In this document: in pieces, positions 37,437 to 52,024 of the stretch
Layout: the number at the start of each line of letters is the position of its first letter
Position numbering within the stretch: the first letter of the stretch is position 1
Source: Squatina squatina
Taxonomy: Eukaryota
Length of the DNA stretch: 52,024 nt
Assembly: GCA_031763465.1 (NCBI GenBank)
Contig: JARFOE010000100.1
Coordinates: 435,948-487,971, forward strand
Direction: 5' to 3'
Notes under the pieces: model-generated
Databases searched by the model: none
What the model was told of the DNA's origin: nothing
Seen by the model: only the letters and a program-made list of their open reading frames with translations
Made by a program: the position numbers and the translations under genes

Positions 37437-37799
37437 TCAAATATTACCAAGAATAAAACTGTCAGGGACACTGGGCTTTCCCGCTAATAAACTTCTCAAT
37501 TACTTTTATGGCATGGGGGCTTTCATGAAGGTGAGCGATAACAGTCCTGTGAAAGAAAAAAAAAACGCTTCTCTCTCTGTACCGATACTGGGGTTGCCAA
37601 CTCTGGCTGGTTTATTCCTGGAGGTTCCATCACTGANNNNNNNNNNNNNNNNNNNNNNNNNNNNNNNNNNNNNNNNNNNNNNNNNNNNNNNNNNNNNNNN
37701 NNNNNNNNNNNNNNNNNNNNNNNNNNNNNNNNNNNNCAACCACGAGTGACATATTTCATTGGAATGTTATAACTTTGCACTGTGTTTGGAATCAAATTC

Positions 37800-38105
37800 A
37801 TACCCGCCCACACATATACACACCGCACCCGTACCCACGCATCCGCATCCAGATATGCATATACACACGTATACACGCATGCAACGTATGCACACACATT
37901 CACATGCACACAACATATACATAAACATACGCACATAAACACACACTTATATGCACATATTTACACACACATATATACACATACATGCACACCCATACAA
38001 ACACATGCATACACACACATACTTACACACACACACACACACAACCATACACACACATACATACACAACCATACATACACACCCATATGCACACATACAT
38101 GTATA
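37800..38105 (+). repeat. Degenerate (CA)n/(CATA)n low-complexity tract
   Basis: Alternating purine-pyrimidine CA/TA-rich sequence with a perfect (CA)n core near 38025-38043. Confidence 0.88.
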
Positions 38106-39179
38106 TATTTCTTCAGGCTTCTCCCCAATATTTATTGTCTTGTGTTCAGGCAAGATGCGGCAATAAGGAACAATTTTAAAATAATTAGAGTTAAAATGCA
38201 AATTCTTTTCCCTAAGTTTTAAAATGGAGAACTACAGATATGTGTCTGTGGGAAGCAATGAATATCTTTGTTCATAAAGCAATTAAGTCAAAAGTGGCTT
38301 TGATGTTTGGAGCAGTACTTTTGAATTGTTAATATATGTAGATTGATTCAGATAATCCCATTATTTCGCAACACTGAGCCATTAGAGGAATCAATTAAAG
38401 GGGTGAAACTCCACTGAGGGGAAATCAATGCAGGAAATGGCAAATTCCAGGCATTAGCAGTCCACCTCAAGAGCTACAAGATATGTTAAACCCTCAGTTC
38501 CTTTACTGGAAAAGAAGTGTTGACAACATGAAAGGAATTCCATGGCATAAATCATGACCCTGCTGTTAAGCATTGTTGTAAGTCAGGAATCCGAGCTCTG
38601 CGGGCTAATTGGAACTCTTGTCATTCACACAGAGCAACTCACCTTAAAGGTCTACCAAGGAACAAGTCTGGTGATCTCACCCAGAAGCTTTGTTGCTTCT
38701 TAGACTATGTAAAATAATGAGCTGAGATCCCTTGAACCCATTCAGGGAGAAGGAACTTTGTCCACCACTTTGGACATGTCATGACTCTATGCCAGATCAC
38801 AGTGACATAGGGCTATTAAGATAATCAACAGGGGTGACCTACATCTGCTACTCCAGGGCGAGCACTCGGTCCTTACCAGGCCAAAGATTCAAGCTCTGCT
38901 TTGATCTCGATCGGGAATAATTACACCACTCAGCCTCCCACCCCCACAGCTTCAAGGATCAATTATATTTCTGAATTTTTATCTTCAGACTTTCTGTAGG
39001 CTCACAACAGAGCACATGAGTGCTCTCAGCAAGCATGGCAATCGTTGGGTGGAAGAGTGGCGCAATGGGTGGAACTGGCAGGAAATACGAGGGCTGGGCA
39101 GACAATGTGCTGCACTTCACCTACCCACTATCACCCGCTATTGCTCAGATGAGGGATAAGTAATCCAGCCTTTCAGTAT

Positions 39180-39418
39180 TGCACAGAATTACATGGAATG
39201 TACAGCAGAGACACAGGTCGGTCGGTCTTTATGCCTCATATGAGCCTCCTCCCACCCCTCTTATCTCACTCTATCAGCATAACCTTCTATTCCTTTTTCC
39301 CTCATGTGCTTATCTACATTCACCTTACATGCATCTAGGATATTCATCTCAACTACTCCCTGTGGTAGCAAGTTCCGCAGTTTAACCGCTCTCTGAGTAA
39401 AGAAGTTTCTCCTGAATT
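39180..39418 (-). mobile_element. CR1-derived 3' end repeat
   Basis: The - strand reads FRRNFFTQRAVKLRNLLPQGVVE. Reverse homologue of 10232-10492. Confidence 0.8.
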
Positions 39419-41224
39419 NNNNNNNNNNNNNNNNNNNNNNNNNNNNNNNNNNNNNNNNNNNNNNNNNNNNNNNNNNNNNNNNNNNNNNNNNNNNNNNNNN
39501 NNNNNNNNNNNNNNNNNNCAGGCAGAGTGAGTTGAATAGCAAACCTTCAGTGCCGTAAATTTATATGATTCTATGAAACCGTAAAATAATACTTCAAGGT
39601 GATAAGTAAAATAGACAATAGAAAAAAAACGTTTACTCAAAGGGTAATAAATGCATCCATAGTCGAAGCAATTAGGGCATTCTAAATGCATTTGGATGTT
39701 AACTTGGGGTCGATGCAGTACTGGAGGGACAGCTGCACTGGAAGCTAACTAGATGGAGTTAAGATACAGATCAGCCAGGATCCAATTGAATAGCGGAGTA
39801 GGCTCGAGGGAACAAATGACCATTACTGATTCTTGACTTTACTTATCTCTTGTCATGCGACTGCACCTGTACAAGATCTCTGTTGTATTCCTGTGCAAAA
39901 TTATTAGCTCATAAGTGTTCTCCCATCTCTCCATACACTGTAACCATAATATAAAACTATTTATAGTCTAACCAGAATACGGAAATGCTGAGTTCAGTGC
40001 TTTAATTACTTGTAAACTGAACAAACAGCTGTCGGGTTTTTTAATTTACTTAGCTACTAGTTTTCTCAACATTAGGTCCCCATATGTAACAGTAATTAAA
40101 CCCACCACATGTGGAAAATAAATCAGAGAGCAGACTGTTCTTTAGTGGACGTTTTAGTTAGTAATGAAACTAAACACAGCTGTGCAGACTGGCGCTGTGA
40201 TCACACCACAAAAGTTATTAAGTGTGGCTTAGAACGGTTTATCGGCAATGGACATAATACAATCTGTTGATAGTACAGCCAACATACTTGCAACGTAATT
40301 TTGAAAAATCTACATACTGAGGGGCACCGGGGAACAGAGTTTTCAGCAAAGTGCTGTTAGAAACAGTTTGAAGTGTCGTGTAAGCAAATGAGATGTTAAT
40401 GGGTAGAAGGTAGGTTGTGCAGCTGGGTAGGGCTTGCATTCTCATTCATTGCCGCCTGCCTGTCGCGACCACAGTTCAAAGTCAGCACCTCCACATCACG
40501 GCCACAAATAGGCAGCATTCTGCTGGCCTTGAATAAACTCTCACTGGATGTGAATGCATAATGTGTCGACAGCCCCAAATTCAGCCCTAAATTCACAAGT
40601 GATGAAATGGTAAGGCAAATGGCAGCAAAAGAACTACAGCTTTCTATTGGTCTTGAAGTAAGTGATGGGTTTGCAATACAGAGTTAAGGTCTTTGGTGTG
40701 CGGTTGTTGTTGTGCTGTGTTGCAGGGTAGATTAAGGGCCAATATGTCAGCCGCAGGCTGATGAGGACCCTGATCCCCGAGTAAGGGTATGGCCCTGTAT
40801 GAAACTTCACCTTTAAGAGGAGGGGTATGGCCCCTTTAAGACCTTCCTGTTAAAAAGGTAATTGTAACTGAGTGGGAGGAGAATTCCCACAGTCAGCTGA
40901 GCATGAAGGTTCAAAAGAAGTAAGCAAAGCTGGAAGATGTACTGTCTGGTCTTCTTTAATGTCAGGAGGTTTCCTCAGATGACCACCTGTTTCTAACTGC
41001 CCTGCCTGTACACCCCCACCATTGGTTGCCTGACTCATCCATCCTCGCACCGCTTTGTTACCCAGTTGGATGAATCTCGATCATCAGTTAGACAGACTTT
41101 TCTTCCCTTTATTTCTTAATTTTCTTTACACCCCGAAGTTTTGTTTTCTCCCGGGTTTTACTCGCAGCAGCTTCTGGGGAGATTAATCCTTAATTCCTGG
41201 AGACTCCAGGACAATCAACCCTAC

Positions 41225-41415
41225 CCTCAACCAACACTGCCAAAACAGGTAAATGGTCAGTCACCTCATAGATATATGTGGAATATTGCAATGTGTAAAA
41301 TGGCTGCCAAGTTTGCAAACAGTGACTACATTTCAAAAGTACTTAATTGGTTGAGACCCTTTGGGATGTCCTGAGATTGTGACAGGTGCTATATAAATAC
41401 AAGTTTGTTCTTTCA
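41225..41415 (+). mobile_element. 3' half of the DeuSINE-like element
   Basis: AAAATGGCTGCC...ACAGTGACTACATTTCAAAAGTACTTAATTGG...GGTGCTATATAAATACAAGTT. Confidence 0.65.
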
Positions 41416-42772
41416 TTTTCTGAATTATGCACTACAGTCAGTTTTCTGATATATTGCTAGCCTCAAAGATTTTCTAAAAAAATTAAACATAATATATAAA
41501 ACACATACAGATTGGAGGGTCCTATTTAACTTCCGTACGCATAATAACATAATGCCACTCTGAGGAAAAGCCTAAAATGTAGTTGCTGAACTGAAGTAGA
41601 TGCGATTATATTGATGCTACATTCCTCACCATATTTACTGCTGACTCACTGAACTGCATGTAGGTATTGACCACTAAGAGATTCTCTGAGGGCTAGTTAG
41701 GAATATAATTAGCTTTCTATGGACTTTATACAGACTTTNNNNNNNNNNAATGTTGACAGGCATACCAGTGACTTCTTTTTGTTAACACTAATTCATTCAT
41801 AGTTTACCGTACCTAATCGTTCCGTGATAATCAATGCTACAGCCTACACTTCTTCATTTAATGATAATAAATCACTTAATTATGCTGCGTGTAAGACTAC
41901 ATGCCCTTAACAAAAATTTCAAGACCTGGAATTGTAATATTAATCTAATATGCCCTCTTAGACATGAAAAAGGTGGACACGTGCAATTATAGCACTTGAA
42001 ATTCTGATTCAGCTGCAGTGCTGCCAACCAGAAAACAAGGAAATGCAAAAAGAAAGTGGTCACAGCCAAAGAACAGAATGAACCTACACTGCACATAAAT
42101 TAAATGCAAAGGAAGTTGATAGTTTTGCCATGCTTTCCAGTATTACTTCCAACATATTAGTTGCTAAGCCCACTTTCTTAAATGCACTCAACTCCTGATG
42201 CTGATGGAATAATATAACATTTCTAAGACTCATTTACATTTTATTCATCATTGTAAACGGTTAAATCAGTTAATTGTCAGCAGCTCATTTGCACTTAAAC
42301 TGTCTGGGGTAAAGACAGGGACACGAGAAGATTTTCAAAAAATAGTTTTCATATGGTTCTGTACCCTCAACAAATTGACTTTTGCATGGTGGAGATGTTG
42401 GGGGAGAAAACATGCTGGAGTACAGTGATTTTCACTGGAGACTCAAATAAAACTGGTTGCCCAGAACAGTTTCAGTTCAAAATATGAATTAAAGAGCAGC
42501 AAGTCCAGCAAAAAATAAAATCCATTTACTTTACTAATATGATTATGACAGACTGGGATGTAGAAAATGTAATTTGTAAAAGTTTTACCATACTGCAGGA
42601 GTTCTACCTCCTAATAAAAGAATCACTAGTTTTATTTTGCACTTGAACATAAAACTTCAGCCACTTTTTATTNNNNNNNNNNNNNNNNNNNNNNNNNNNN
42701 NNNNNNNNNNNNNNNNNNNNNNNNNNNNNNNNNNNNNNNNNNNNNNNNNNNNNNNNNNNNNNNNNNNNNNNN

Positions 42773-42912
42773 CTACAGTGAATGATGTACAGCCCCTCGC
42801 CCCTCTTCCCCTACAGTGAATGATGTACAGCCCCTCTCCCCCAGAGTGAATGATGTACAGACCCTCGCTCCCCTCTACAGTGAATGATGTACAGCCACCA
42901 GCCCCTACAGTG
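42773..42912 (+). repeat. Minisatellite with a constant CAGTGAATGATGTACAG core and a variable C-rich spacer (4 visible units, extending from a gap)
   Basis: The core is repeated four times at roughly 30-38 bp spacing. Confidence 0.9.
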
Positions 42913-44749
42913 ATTCTTGTGCACCATGATGGATCAAAATTAGTTCAAATGAGAGCAAATTTACGAAGCAGTGATAAGCTGCCTGAATCAAAGCACTAAT
43001 GATTCTGAGTTTGGGTCAGCACATCCCTAGTAAAAGATCTGGCTCCTGAAGACTTTAATACTTCATTATAAGGTGAATTACACCAGCCAATCAACTGATA
43101 ATGAATGTGACAGAGTCGACCTATTCAAAGGCTCTAGATTTCATTATTGCAAAATAATGATGCAATTTATTACAAAACATCATATAATGATCTGCTCAAT
43201 GGCTTTGTAATAAAGGACTAGAGTACCATTCAGCAAGAGATATTTCAAAAAAATGCCAGTGCCAGGAATGTTTATTGAAAGTGACAAAACATTTTAATTC
43301 TAGCTGTCTACAAGTTGATTTGAAAAGCTGATTTACTCTGCACATGCAGTTACAGTTGTCTCTCAAGAATTACGAATACGTAAATCAAATTAATCCAAGA
43401 AGAACAATTGAACAAGAAAATACAAGTCCTTGCGTTTCTATAGCACCTGATCAAGTCAGATTTTGGAGTATTTGGCACAGTCAATTGAATCTGAGCTGCA
43501 AGGGCTGCTATGTAGGTANNNNNNNNNNNNNNNNNNNNNNNNNNNNNNNNNNNNNNNNNNNNNNNNNNNNNNNNNNNNNNNNNNNNNNNNNNNNNNNNNN
43601 NNNNNNNNNNNNNNNNNNGCACAGCGTGCTGACGTCAGCAGGAGTGCCAGGCTTCCCTTAAAGGGGAGGGCCACTGGCCATCCCAAACGCATTACCCTGG
43701 GTCACTAGGGCTACCAACAACCAGGCCACCAGCCTGGAACACTAGCCGGCGTGCCGGGCGAGGTGATGGTGGCCCGATACGGCTGAGGGGCTGCCATTTA
43801 TCGACCGATTAGAAAGTCGGCTGATAAAAAAAAATGGCAGCCGGAGGCGCAGACGCCCTCGCCTTTAAGGGGCCCATTGCAGCAACAGGTTTTCCTGTGC
43901 TGTGACCGCCTCCCGTGGATGAATTTCTCCGCTGAATGCAAACGGAGCGGCAGAGGCATTGTGGCTGCGCGGTGCAGGTTAGTGCGCATCTTGATGACAT
44001 CACGCGCGGACTTGCCGCGAAATTCAGCTGGGCAGGTGCAATTACCTTTGTGGCCCAGCTGATTTTCGGGGGAGGCTAGCTGCCGCCTCCTGACGCCATT
44101 TTTTCTTTTAGCGTCTCATTAGAGCCCCTCAGAGGCACTAATGGGATGTTAAAAGAGGCCAGTTTTGGGCCTTTTGCGTTGGAATGTACATAGCACAGCT
44201 GGGATGGGACCTAAATGAAGACCTTTTGGGAATATAAACAGTGTGCAATAACTGTACGTGCAAGTTAGTTATGATGGTTTTTCACAGATGTGACAGATTT
44301 CCCGCACTACACCAAACATGGTCTGAGCTTCAATGTATTCTGCTGGGTTGCTTTTAAACTGGAACTCCATCATGCGGTGCAGACCATTAAGCTGTAATTA
44401 ATTACAGCTAGTAACCATTTCGATATTTGCTTCAGTTAATTATCATGATCCTGGAATGAGGTATTATCAGTAAAGCCTACAGAGCAAAGATAAATTCTGC
44501 ACTTTCAATTCAGCCTGAGCTTCATACATTTTCATGAGCTCAGCTCGTCCAACATTGACTGTGGATCGAACCTAGATCTGTGTGTGGCTCAGTTCCTCAT
44601 TAAGTCAGGCACTTATCAACTGAGCCATCAGGGGGAGCCTAAAGAGGCTTTTTACCAAAAGTGTTTGTGCATATTAGAAGAACTTAAGGAAGGGTTAGCA
44701 GAGGAACGATCACGTATATAACACAATTCACTCGAAAAGGGAACGAAAT

Positions 44750-45139
44750 AAAAGAAAGACTTGCATTTATATAGCACCTTTCACGACAACCGGACATCCC
44801 AAAGCGCATTACATCCAACAAAGTACTTTTTGAAGTATGGTCACTGTTTAATGTAGGAAACATGGCAGTCAATTTGCTCACACCAAGCTCCCACTAACAG
44901 CAATGTGATAATTACCAGATAATCTGGTTTTGCTATGTTGATTGAGGGATAAATATTGGCCAGGACACCAGGGATAACTCTTTTTCAAAATAGTGCCATG
45001 GGATCTTTTATGTCCACCTGAGAAAGCAGAAGGTTTAACATCTCATCCACAAGATGGCAACTCCGATATGCAGCAGTCCCTCTGTACTGTAGTGTCAGCC
45101 TAGATTTTTGTGCTCAAGTCGCTGGAGTGGGAATTGAAC
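44750..45139 (-). mobile_element. Near full-length DeuSINE-like element
   Basis: Reverse homologue of 49240-49644 over tail, core and head. Confidence 0.78.
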
Positions 45140-46654
45140 NNNNNNNNNNNNNNNNNNNNNNNNNNNNNNNNNNNNNNNNNNNNNNNNNNNNNNNNNNNNN
45201 NNNNNNNNNNNNNNNNNNNNNNNNNNNNNNNNNNNNNNNNNNNNNNNNNNNNNNNNNNNNNNNNNNNNNNNNNNNNNNNNNNNNNNNNNNNNNNNNNNNN
45301 NNNNNNNNNNNNNNNNNNNNNNNNNNNNNNNNNNNNNNNNNNNNNNNNNNNNNNNNNNNNNNNNNNNNNNNNNNNNNNNNNNNNNNNNNNNNNNNNNNNN
45401 NNNNNNNNNNNNNNNNNNNNNNNNNNNNNNNNNNNNNNNNNNNNNNNNNNNNNNNNNNNNNNNNNNNNNNNNNNNNNNNNNNNNNNNNNNNNNNNNNNNN
45501 NNNNNNNNNNNNNNNNNNNNNNNNNNNNNNNNNNNNNNNNNNNNNNNNNNNNNNNNNNNNNNNNNNNNNNNNNNNNNNNNNNNNNNNNNNNNNNNNNNNN
45601 NNNNNNNNNNNNNNNNNNNNNNNNNNNNNNNNNNNNNNNNNNNNNNNNNNNNNNNNNNNNNNNNNNNNNNNNNNNNNNNNNNNNNNNNNNNNNNNNNNNN
45701 NNNNNNNNNNNNNNNNNNNNNNNNNNNNNNNNNNNNNNNNNNNNNNNNNNNNNNNNNNNNNNNNNNNNNNNNNNNNNNNNNNNNNNNNNNNNNNNNNNNN
45801 NNNNNNNNNNNNNNNNNNNNNNNNNNNNNNNNNNNNNNNNNNNNNNNNNNNNNNNNNNNNNNNNNNNNNNNNNNNNNNNNNNNNNNNNNNNNNNNNNNNN
45901 NNNNNNNNNNNNNNNNNNNNNNNNNNNNNNNNNNNNNNNNNNNNNNNNNNNNNNNNNNNNNNNNNNNNNNNNNNNNNNNNNNNNNNNNNNNNNNNNNNNN
46001 NNNNNNNNNNNNNNNNNNNNNNNNNNNNNNNNNNNNNNNNNNNNNNNNNNNNNNNNNNNNNNNNNNNNNNNNNNNNNNNNNNNNNNNNNNNNNNNNNNNN
46101 NNNNNNNNNNNNNNNNNNNNNAACTATCTCTGAACATTATACTTAAAAGCTCACACAGTGGTGGAAACCGAAAGCATTCAACAGCAGGAATATACTTCCC
46201 TACACATTCAAACGCAGCGAGTTTGGTAATAAATTATATGTGCAACTGGAGAAGAGAAGCTTTATTTTTGGATCCAAGATGCAATTAGAACTATGCAGTT
46301 ACCAAATGTTAGACAGAAACTCCATTATTTTATATATTTTTCTCAAACAGAATCAATTTTGTATTGACTGACCTCCCGTTCTTTAGAATTAACATTTGTA
46401 ACTGAAGGAGAATTTGCATTGATATGTGCTATGGTTTCACTAGCTGGCCTTATTGCAGCAGTATTTTAAAAAGAAATAATGCACAGGAATTAGTCGCAGT
46501 TTGTAACATGTTACTGCGCTGTTCTCTGTCGATGCAATATTATAAAAATGGCAAAAGGATCCAGATTGCCTTGTAATTGTATCCTTGCAGACAATGTGGA
46601 GCTCATGCAGAACAATAATGTACAAATGACTTGTTTGGTCTCATTTCAAGAATG

Positions 46655-46935
46655 CCTTTATTAGCCGAGGCATGGAATATAAGAGCAGGAAGGTTATGCT
46701 TGAAATGTAGAAAACACTAGTTAGGCCACAGCTAGAGTTCTGATCACCACATTACAGGAAAGATGTGGTTGCATGAGAGAGGGTACAGATGAGATTTATG
46801 AGGATGCTGCCTGGACAGGAGAATTTTAGCTATGAGGAAAGATTGGATAGGCTAGGGTTGTTTTCTTTTGAACACAGGAAGCTGAGGGGAGACCTAATTG
46901 AGGTGTATAAAATTATGAGGGGCCTAGATAGAGTG
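46655..46935 (+). mobile_element. CR1 ORF2 C-terminal fragment
   Basis: LVRPQLE...SPHYRKDV...RFMRMLPG.ENFSYEERLDRLGLFSFEHRKLRGDLIEVYKIMRGLDRV. Confidence 0.9.
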
Positions 46936-47035
46936 NNNNNNNNNNNNNNNNNNNNNNNNNNNNNNNNNNNNNNNNNNNNNNNNNNNNNNNNNNNNNNNNN
47001 NNNNNNNNNNNNNNNNNNNNNNNNNNNNNNNNNNN

Positions 47036-47137
<102 letters not shown>

Positions 47138-47694
47138 CTATGAAGAAAGATGACAGAAAGAGATTAATGATGACAACTTTCAATCAATAATTCCTTAATT
47201 GCTCCTTACACCCAAAAGATGCAATTGGACATTTCTGAGTCGTCAAGCTCAGAAGAGTTTTTCTGACAAAATATACATTTTTGATTTACCTTTGTAAACC
47301 AAGTCTATCTTCAACAGATTTTTTATCTTCCAGCCTATTTTAAAAAAAAATCTTTCATTTGGATTGAAGATTTGCTATGTGTTAGCGACATTGTAAACAT
47401 AGCTTTCTATCCCTATGCCAAGACAAATCTTATTGAAATGTTTGAAGATTTTGGGGGGCCAATTGGACTGCCCTGAGTTACTGGCGCTGAGGGACGCATT
47501 GATGCGTGCAAAGTTCTGGTTTCGGAAATCTGCAATTTGGCACTAAGAAAAAAAAATTCTGACAGCTTTAAAAAATGTNNNNNNNNNNNNNNNNNNNNNN
47601 NNNNNNNNNNNNNNNNNNNNNNNNNNNNNNNNNNNNNNNNNNNNNNNNNNNNNNNNNNNNNNNNNNNNNNNNNNNNNNCCAAATTCTACCCTCT

Positions 47695-47961
47695 GTAGCA
47701 TCCCTGATTATAATCACTCAACCTTCGGTGGCCGTGCCTTCAGCTGCCTAGGCCCTAAGCTCTGGAACTCCCTCCCTAAACCTCTCTGACTCTCTACCTC
47801 TCTTTCCTCATTTAAGATGCTCCTTAAAACCCATCTCTTTGAGCAAACTTTTGGCCATCTGCCGTAATTTCTTCTTATGTGGCTTGCTGTCAAATGTGAA
47901 GTGCCTTGGGACGTTTTACTACATTAAAGGTGCTGTACAAATACAAGTTGTTGTTGTTATT
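47695..47961 (+). mobile_element. L2-type LINE 3' end with (TTG)n tail
   Basis: GGRAFSCLGPKLWNSLP...SSFKMLLKTHLFEQTF, then AAAGGTGCTGTACAAATACAAGTTGTTGTTG. Confidence 0.82.
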
Positions 47962-49239
47962 GAGTACTCTTACAGGTCTTAGAAGGACTTGTGCATCCTC
48001 CCCCACTCCCGACCTGTATCGTCCTTTTCCCACCCCCAATGACCCACTTACTTGACTGACTGTGGCCTCCAGCCATGCCTGCCCGACTCCTGCCTGCTGA
48101 CCTGTCATCACTGATGCTGGGAGTCAGGCCTGGTATATTTAAAATGAAGCCTGGGTGCTAAAATGCCCACAGCCTCACATCAGTGAACCCTATGCACACT
48201 GCTCACCCCCAGTTAAAATTGGGCCTTCATTTTCCACCTTTATGCTGTGTAAAAATTAGCTTTTATTTAAATTAAAACACTAAGGCCTCATCCTGTGATT
48301 GAATTCCCAGATAAATTGAGAATACTTCAGGCTCCTTGCTTAAAGCACATTATCCCATTGAATGACCTTTCAAATTAAGTTATCTGAATTCATGCCCCCT
48401 CTGGATAACTTTTAAAAGTTAGAACATTGGAAATGAGATAGGATTGGATTCGGTTAATAAAATAGAAGGGCAATAAATCTTTACGCAATTAAATGAAAAA
48501 TGGTAAATGATGAAATTTTCTTCTAGATAAGACAGCTCTTAAACTTTAAATGATACTAATTTCAATTGAAGCTATGAGTAGCTTCAAAAACCTTCGATAA
48601 CAGACTCAAACACCATAGATTAGGTTCATTTCATCTTATTTACCCTTCTCCCCAGGTTTTTACAATCAGAATGAATTTCTGTTACAGGATTGGCACATTG
48701 AATATGCTCTTAAATGAGGAGCAGAGAATGCCCCGTGGCTGCTAGTGTAATACCATATTCATATCACGAGGGATGTGACCTCCCGTCCATGAGTCATATA
48801 AATCTTATCACAAGGAGTGCACTGTTAATACAAAGTGTCAGCTATTCTTTCTCTTATACTCTGAATTTCTATTTTAATTTAACTTAAGTTTTGGCACTTG
48901 TTTCCATGGTTTCTTGGAGCAGGTTTCTGAGCCAACACAGACCCACGATGCACTTTTGCTACGCTTACATCGCTACGGTCCTTTATCATTCTACCAATCC
49001 TATCATCACATGAGCCACAGGGTGACCGTCATCATATGAATGATCTTGTCAGACTTCACCTCAAAATGCTCCTTGAGCTATTAAATATCTCAGTGCTCCT
49101 TCAAGACCAAATTTAATCAATGACTCATCAATCCTTTCCTTCGACTGTACTAATGCTAGCACTGATTATTTCCATGTTAGCAAATTTCCGTCTTCCCGAT
49201 TGTCATTGTGGAGGAGGCTATTGGGCTGCCTGTTGGTTG

Positions 49240-49644
49240 TGGTTTCAAGTTCCACTCCAGAGACTTGAGCGCAAACATCTCGGCCGACACTCCAGTCCAG
49301 TAATAAGAGAGTGCAGCACCAGCGGAGGTGCCTTCTTTCAGATGCAATTTAAAACAAGGCTCCGTCTGAGCTCTCAGGTGGATGTGAAAGGTCCTGTGGC
49401 ACTATTTTGAAGAAGAGCAGTGGAGTTATCCCTGGTGTCCTGTCCAATATGTGTCCCTCGATCAATATCACAAAAACAGATTATCTGGTTACTATCACAT
49501 TGCTGTCTGTGGGGCCTTGCTGAGTGCAAATTGGCTGTCATGTCTCCTACATTCCAATAGTATCTACACTTCAAAAGTACTTTGTTGGCTGTAAAGCAGT
49601 TTGGGACGTCCGGTGGTCGTGAAAGTCGCTATATAAATGCAAGC
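49240..49644 (+). mobile_element. Near full-length DeuSINE-like element
   Basis: GGTTTCAAGTTCCACTCCAGAGAC head, TGCAAATTGGCTGTC core and GCTATATAAATGCAAG tail shared with the L2 3' ends in this window. Confidence 0.78.
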
Positions 49645-52024
49645 NNNNNNNNNNNNNNNNNNNNNNNNNNNNNNNNNNNNNNNNNNNNNNNNNNNNNNNN
49701 NNNNNNNNNNNNNNNNNNNNNNNNNNNNNNNNNNNNNNNNNNNNCTGGGAGACAAAGTGAGATTGAAGCCTAGTCCCAGTGCTTTCATTCGCGTTGAAAA
49801 TCCTTAGTTGAGGCATGTCAATGCAAAAAAATGGGGCGTTGTTACCGCTAATTTTAAGGCTCAGCAGCCTTGTTGAATTCTCCAGCGGGCGGCCATTTTG
49901 GATGTTGCACCCACTGATGATGTCATTGAGCCACTCTAACGCTGAACTTTGCGATTGGAGCCTTAAGGGGTTAGCGCCAGTGTTAAGGGGGGTTGGATTT
50001 CGCAGCGCTAAATTTAATGGCCAAAATCGGCGTTAAGCTCTTAATGCCCATTTAGCTCCACTTTAACAGTGAAAAAAGGGACGAATTGGGCATCCACCAT
50101 CTTTCTTTTCTTTACCACTTCATTTCCCCAAACCGAGGTCACTGGCTCATGCTGGATATAGTTCCACAGGCACCAACTGAAGTCCACTAACCTCACACAA
50201 GTAGTCTTTCTGCAACATGTCAGGTTCGAAGGTGCTCACTGTCAGGCTATTCAAACATGAAGGGGGAGACATCACAAACAACCAACTGCCACCTATAAAT
50301 CCACACTTCCTATCAACAGCTATGGGATACGATCAGTAGACTACCATTCCCTCCCTAGCCCAGAGGTGCTGAGGTCAATGCTGCCTCCCTCACTGCTGTC
50401 CAGCTGGGATCTTAGCACTGACTAGGGATCGAGCATGGGGCCTGTATCGCTTAATTAGCTACTGGGAAAGGCATGATAAAATATTTAATGGCCTATCAAT
50501 ATGCTTTAAGGTGTGCCATATTGGGATTTGTATGTGTGTTTACCCTGGTTCTAAATGAATTTATATTCCTTGCTTATAATTTAACTGAATGGGTGTCTGA
50601 CAAATGGCTCTTTAGCAGAATTTGAGCCCATTTATTCTTCACAGAGCTAGGCGAGCTTAATGGACTGAGCAAGTGCTGCATAATGAACAATTAAAGCAAG
50701 ATCACTGCTGCGCACACAAGGGCCATTCATCCTGATTTCTTTCATAATATGCAATTTTTTTTTTAAATAGAAAAAAATTGCAAATCATATTTTACGCATA
50801 ATAATGAAATAAACCAAATTTGTGTTACATTATCACAATCTAATCTTAAAAGATGTCACCTCCACAATGTGCTTAGATATTTGACTTACAAACTGGATAG
50901 GAAGCATTTAAACATTTAACTGCATCTCAAATATTAATTGTCTGACTGCGAAAATGCAAACTTAATTTAGAGTGCAAAGTGAATATCAATCTCATTTTTT
51001 TTAAATCACGATCAGATCATTACACAGTATGGGGTGAGACTGATGGTCTATCGTGTCAAACAGTTAGGAACTTCAGTCGGGAGTCCCAAGGCAGACCATT
51101 AGAGCTGCACCACTAATAAGCAGCCAGCCAGAACTCTGTGATTCGAATGACGCCATTTCTGAAAACTGGCCCAGCAGTCCTGTCACTTGATTTTACAATC
51201 ATGCAGCGCTTCTCAGTAAGACAAATTNNNNNNNNNNNNNNNNNNNNNNNNNNNNNNNNNNNNNNNNNNNNNNNNNNNNNNNNNNNNNNNNNNNNNNNNN
51301 NNNNNNNNNNNNNNNNNNNNNNNNNNNGCTCCTACTTCTTATGGTCTTATGATAGGCCTCAATCTCTTTCTCTATCAATATCTCAATCTCTTTCTCCAAC
51401 TGAAATATAATTGCCTCTTGAAACCGTTTATAGTGCTTGTTTCACCTTCTTTCCCTTCCAGCTTAATGCACAAAAAAATATTACATTTTGTGCGAAACGA
51501 TTCTGCCTCAATTCCCTACATTCCTTATCCTGTGAAATAGTGAACAATATGCATCACTATCATCTTCAAAATTGCAAACGGGTCACCTTGACACCTCCTC
51601 TTTACAAAGAAAGCGAGTCCAACTTCCTTAACCTATCTTCCAATTCTGACACCTGAATCATTATCATTTCTTACCTCTCCACCCCCTTAAGGGCAATAAT
51701 ATGTTTCCTAAGATTAGATTAGAACTGCAGACATGCAGACTGAATAATATCTTACACTTTTACAATGTTAGCAGTTTAGATTTGTGCTCTGTCCCTTTGC
51801 TAATATAATTCAGTGCCATACTTTAAAAAAAACAAGCTAAGCTCTGAGGTTATAGTTTCGTAGATTTGACATCTAACAGCTGCCAGGAACATAGACCTCC
51901 ATTTTATGGGGGCACTGGTTATTGGAAATAATTCACTTCATATATCAGGCCTGCGACTGAGTTAATGCTCTCACTATCACCCAGTGATAGATTTTGTAAT
52001 AAACCACCGGTGCTTGCATGTATC

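Overview
Vertebrate genomic DNA, not prokaryotic. The SINE, CR1, L2, Penelope and Harbinger repeat content suggests a shark or other chondrichthyan (inference). The scaffold is heavily fragmented, with most contigs joined by 100-N placeholder gaps, so distances are compressed and many exons are hidden. Reading splice sites directly gives three genes. (1) A BIN1 clathrin/AP-2-binding exon (105-215, +). (2) Copy A, a contactin-associated-protein gene on the + strand: partial LamG and EGF exons, a 134-bp LamG exon and a terminal transmembrane/cytoplasmic exon (16864-21951). (3) Copy B, a diverged CNTNAP5-like gene on the - strand (37423-28007), tail-to-tail with copy A. The most interesting signal is that copy A sits between BIN1 and the CNTNAP5-like gene, where glycophorin C (GYPC) lies in human, and has a glycophorin-C-type tail (YRHKGTY.TNE.KG.E.AE.A...KEYFI), yet appears to keep CASPR ectodomain exons. 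The two copies are more alike in their last 20 codons and 3'UTR than in the juxtamembrane coding region. A Penelope-type repeat carries a minimal hammerhead ribozyme motif. Comparisons with human proteins, exon sizes and synteny are from memory, all identity counts are by hand, and repeat boundaries are approximate.
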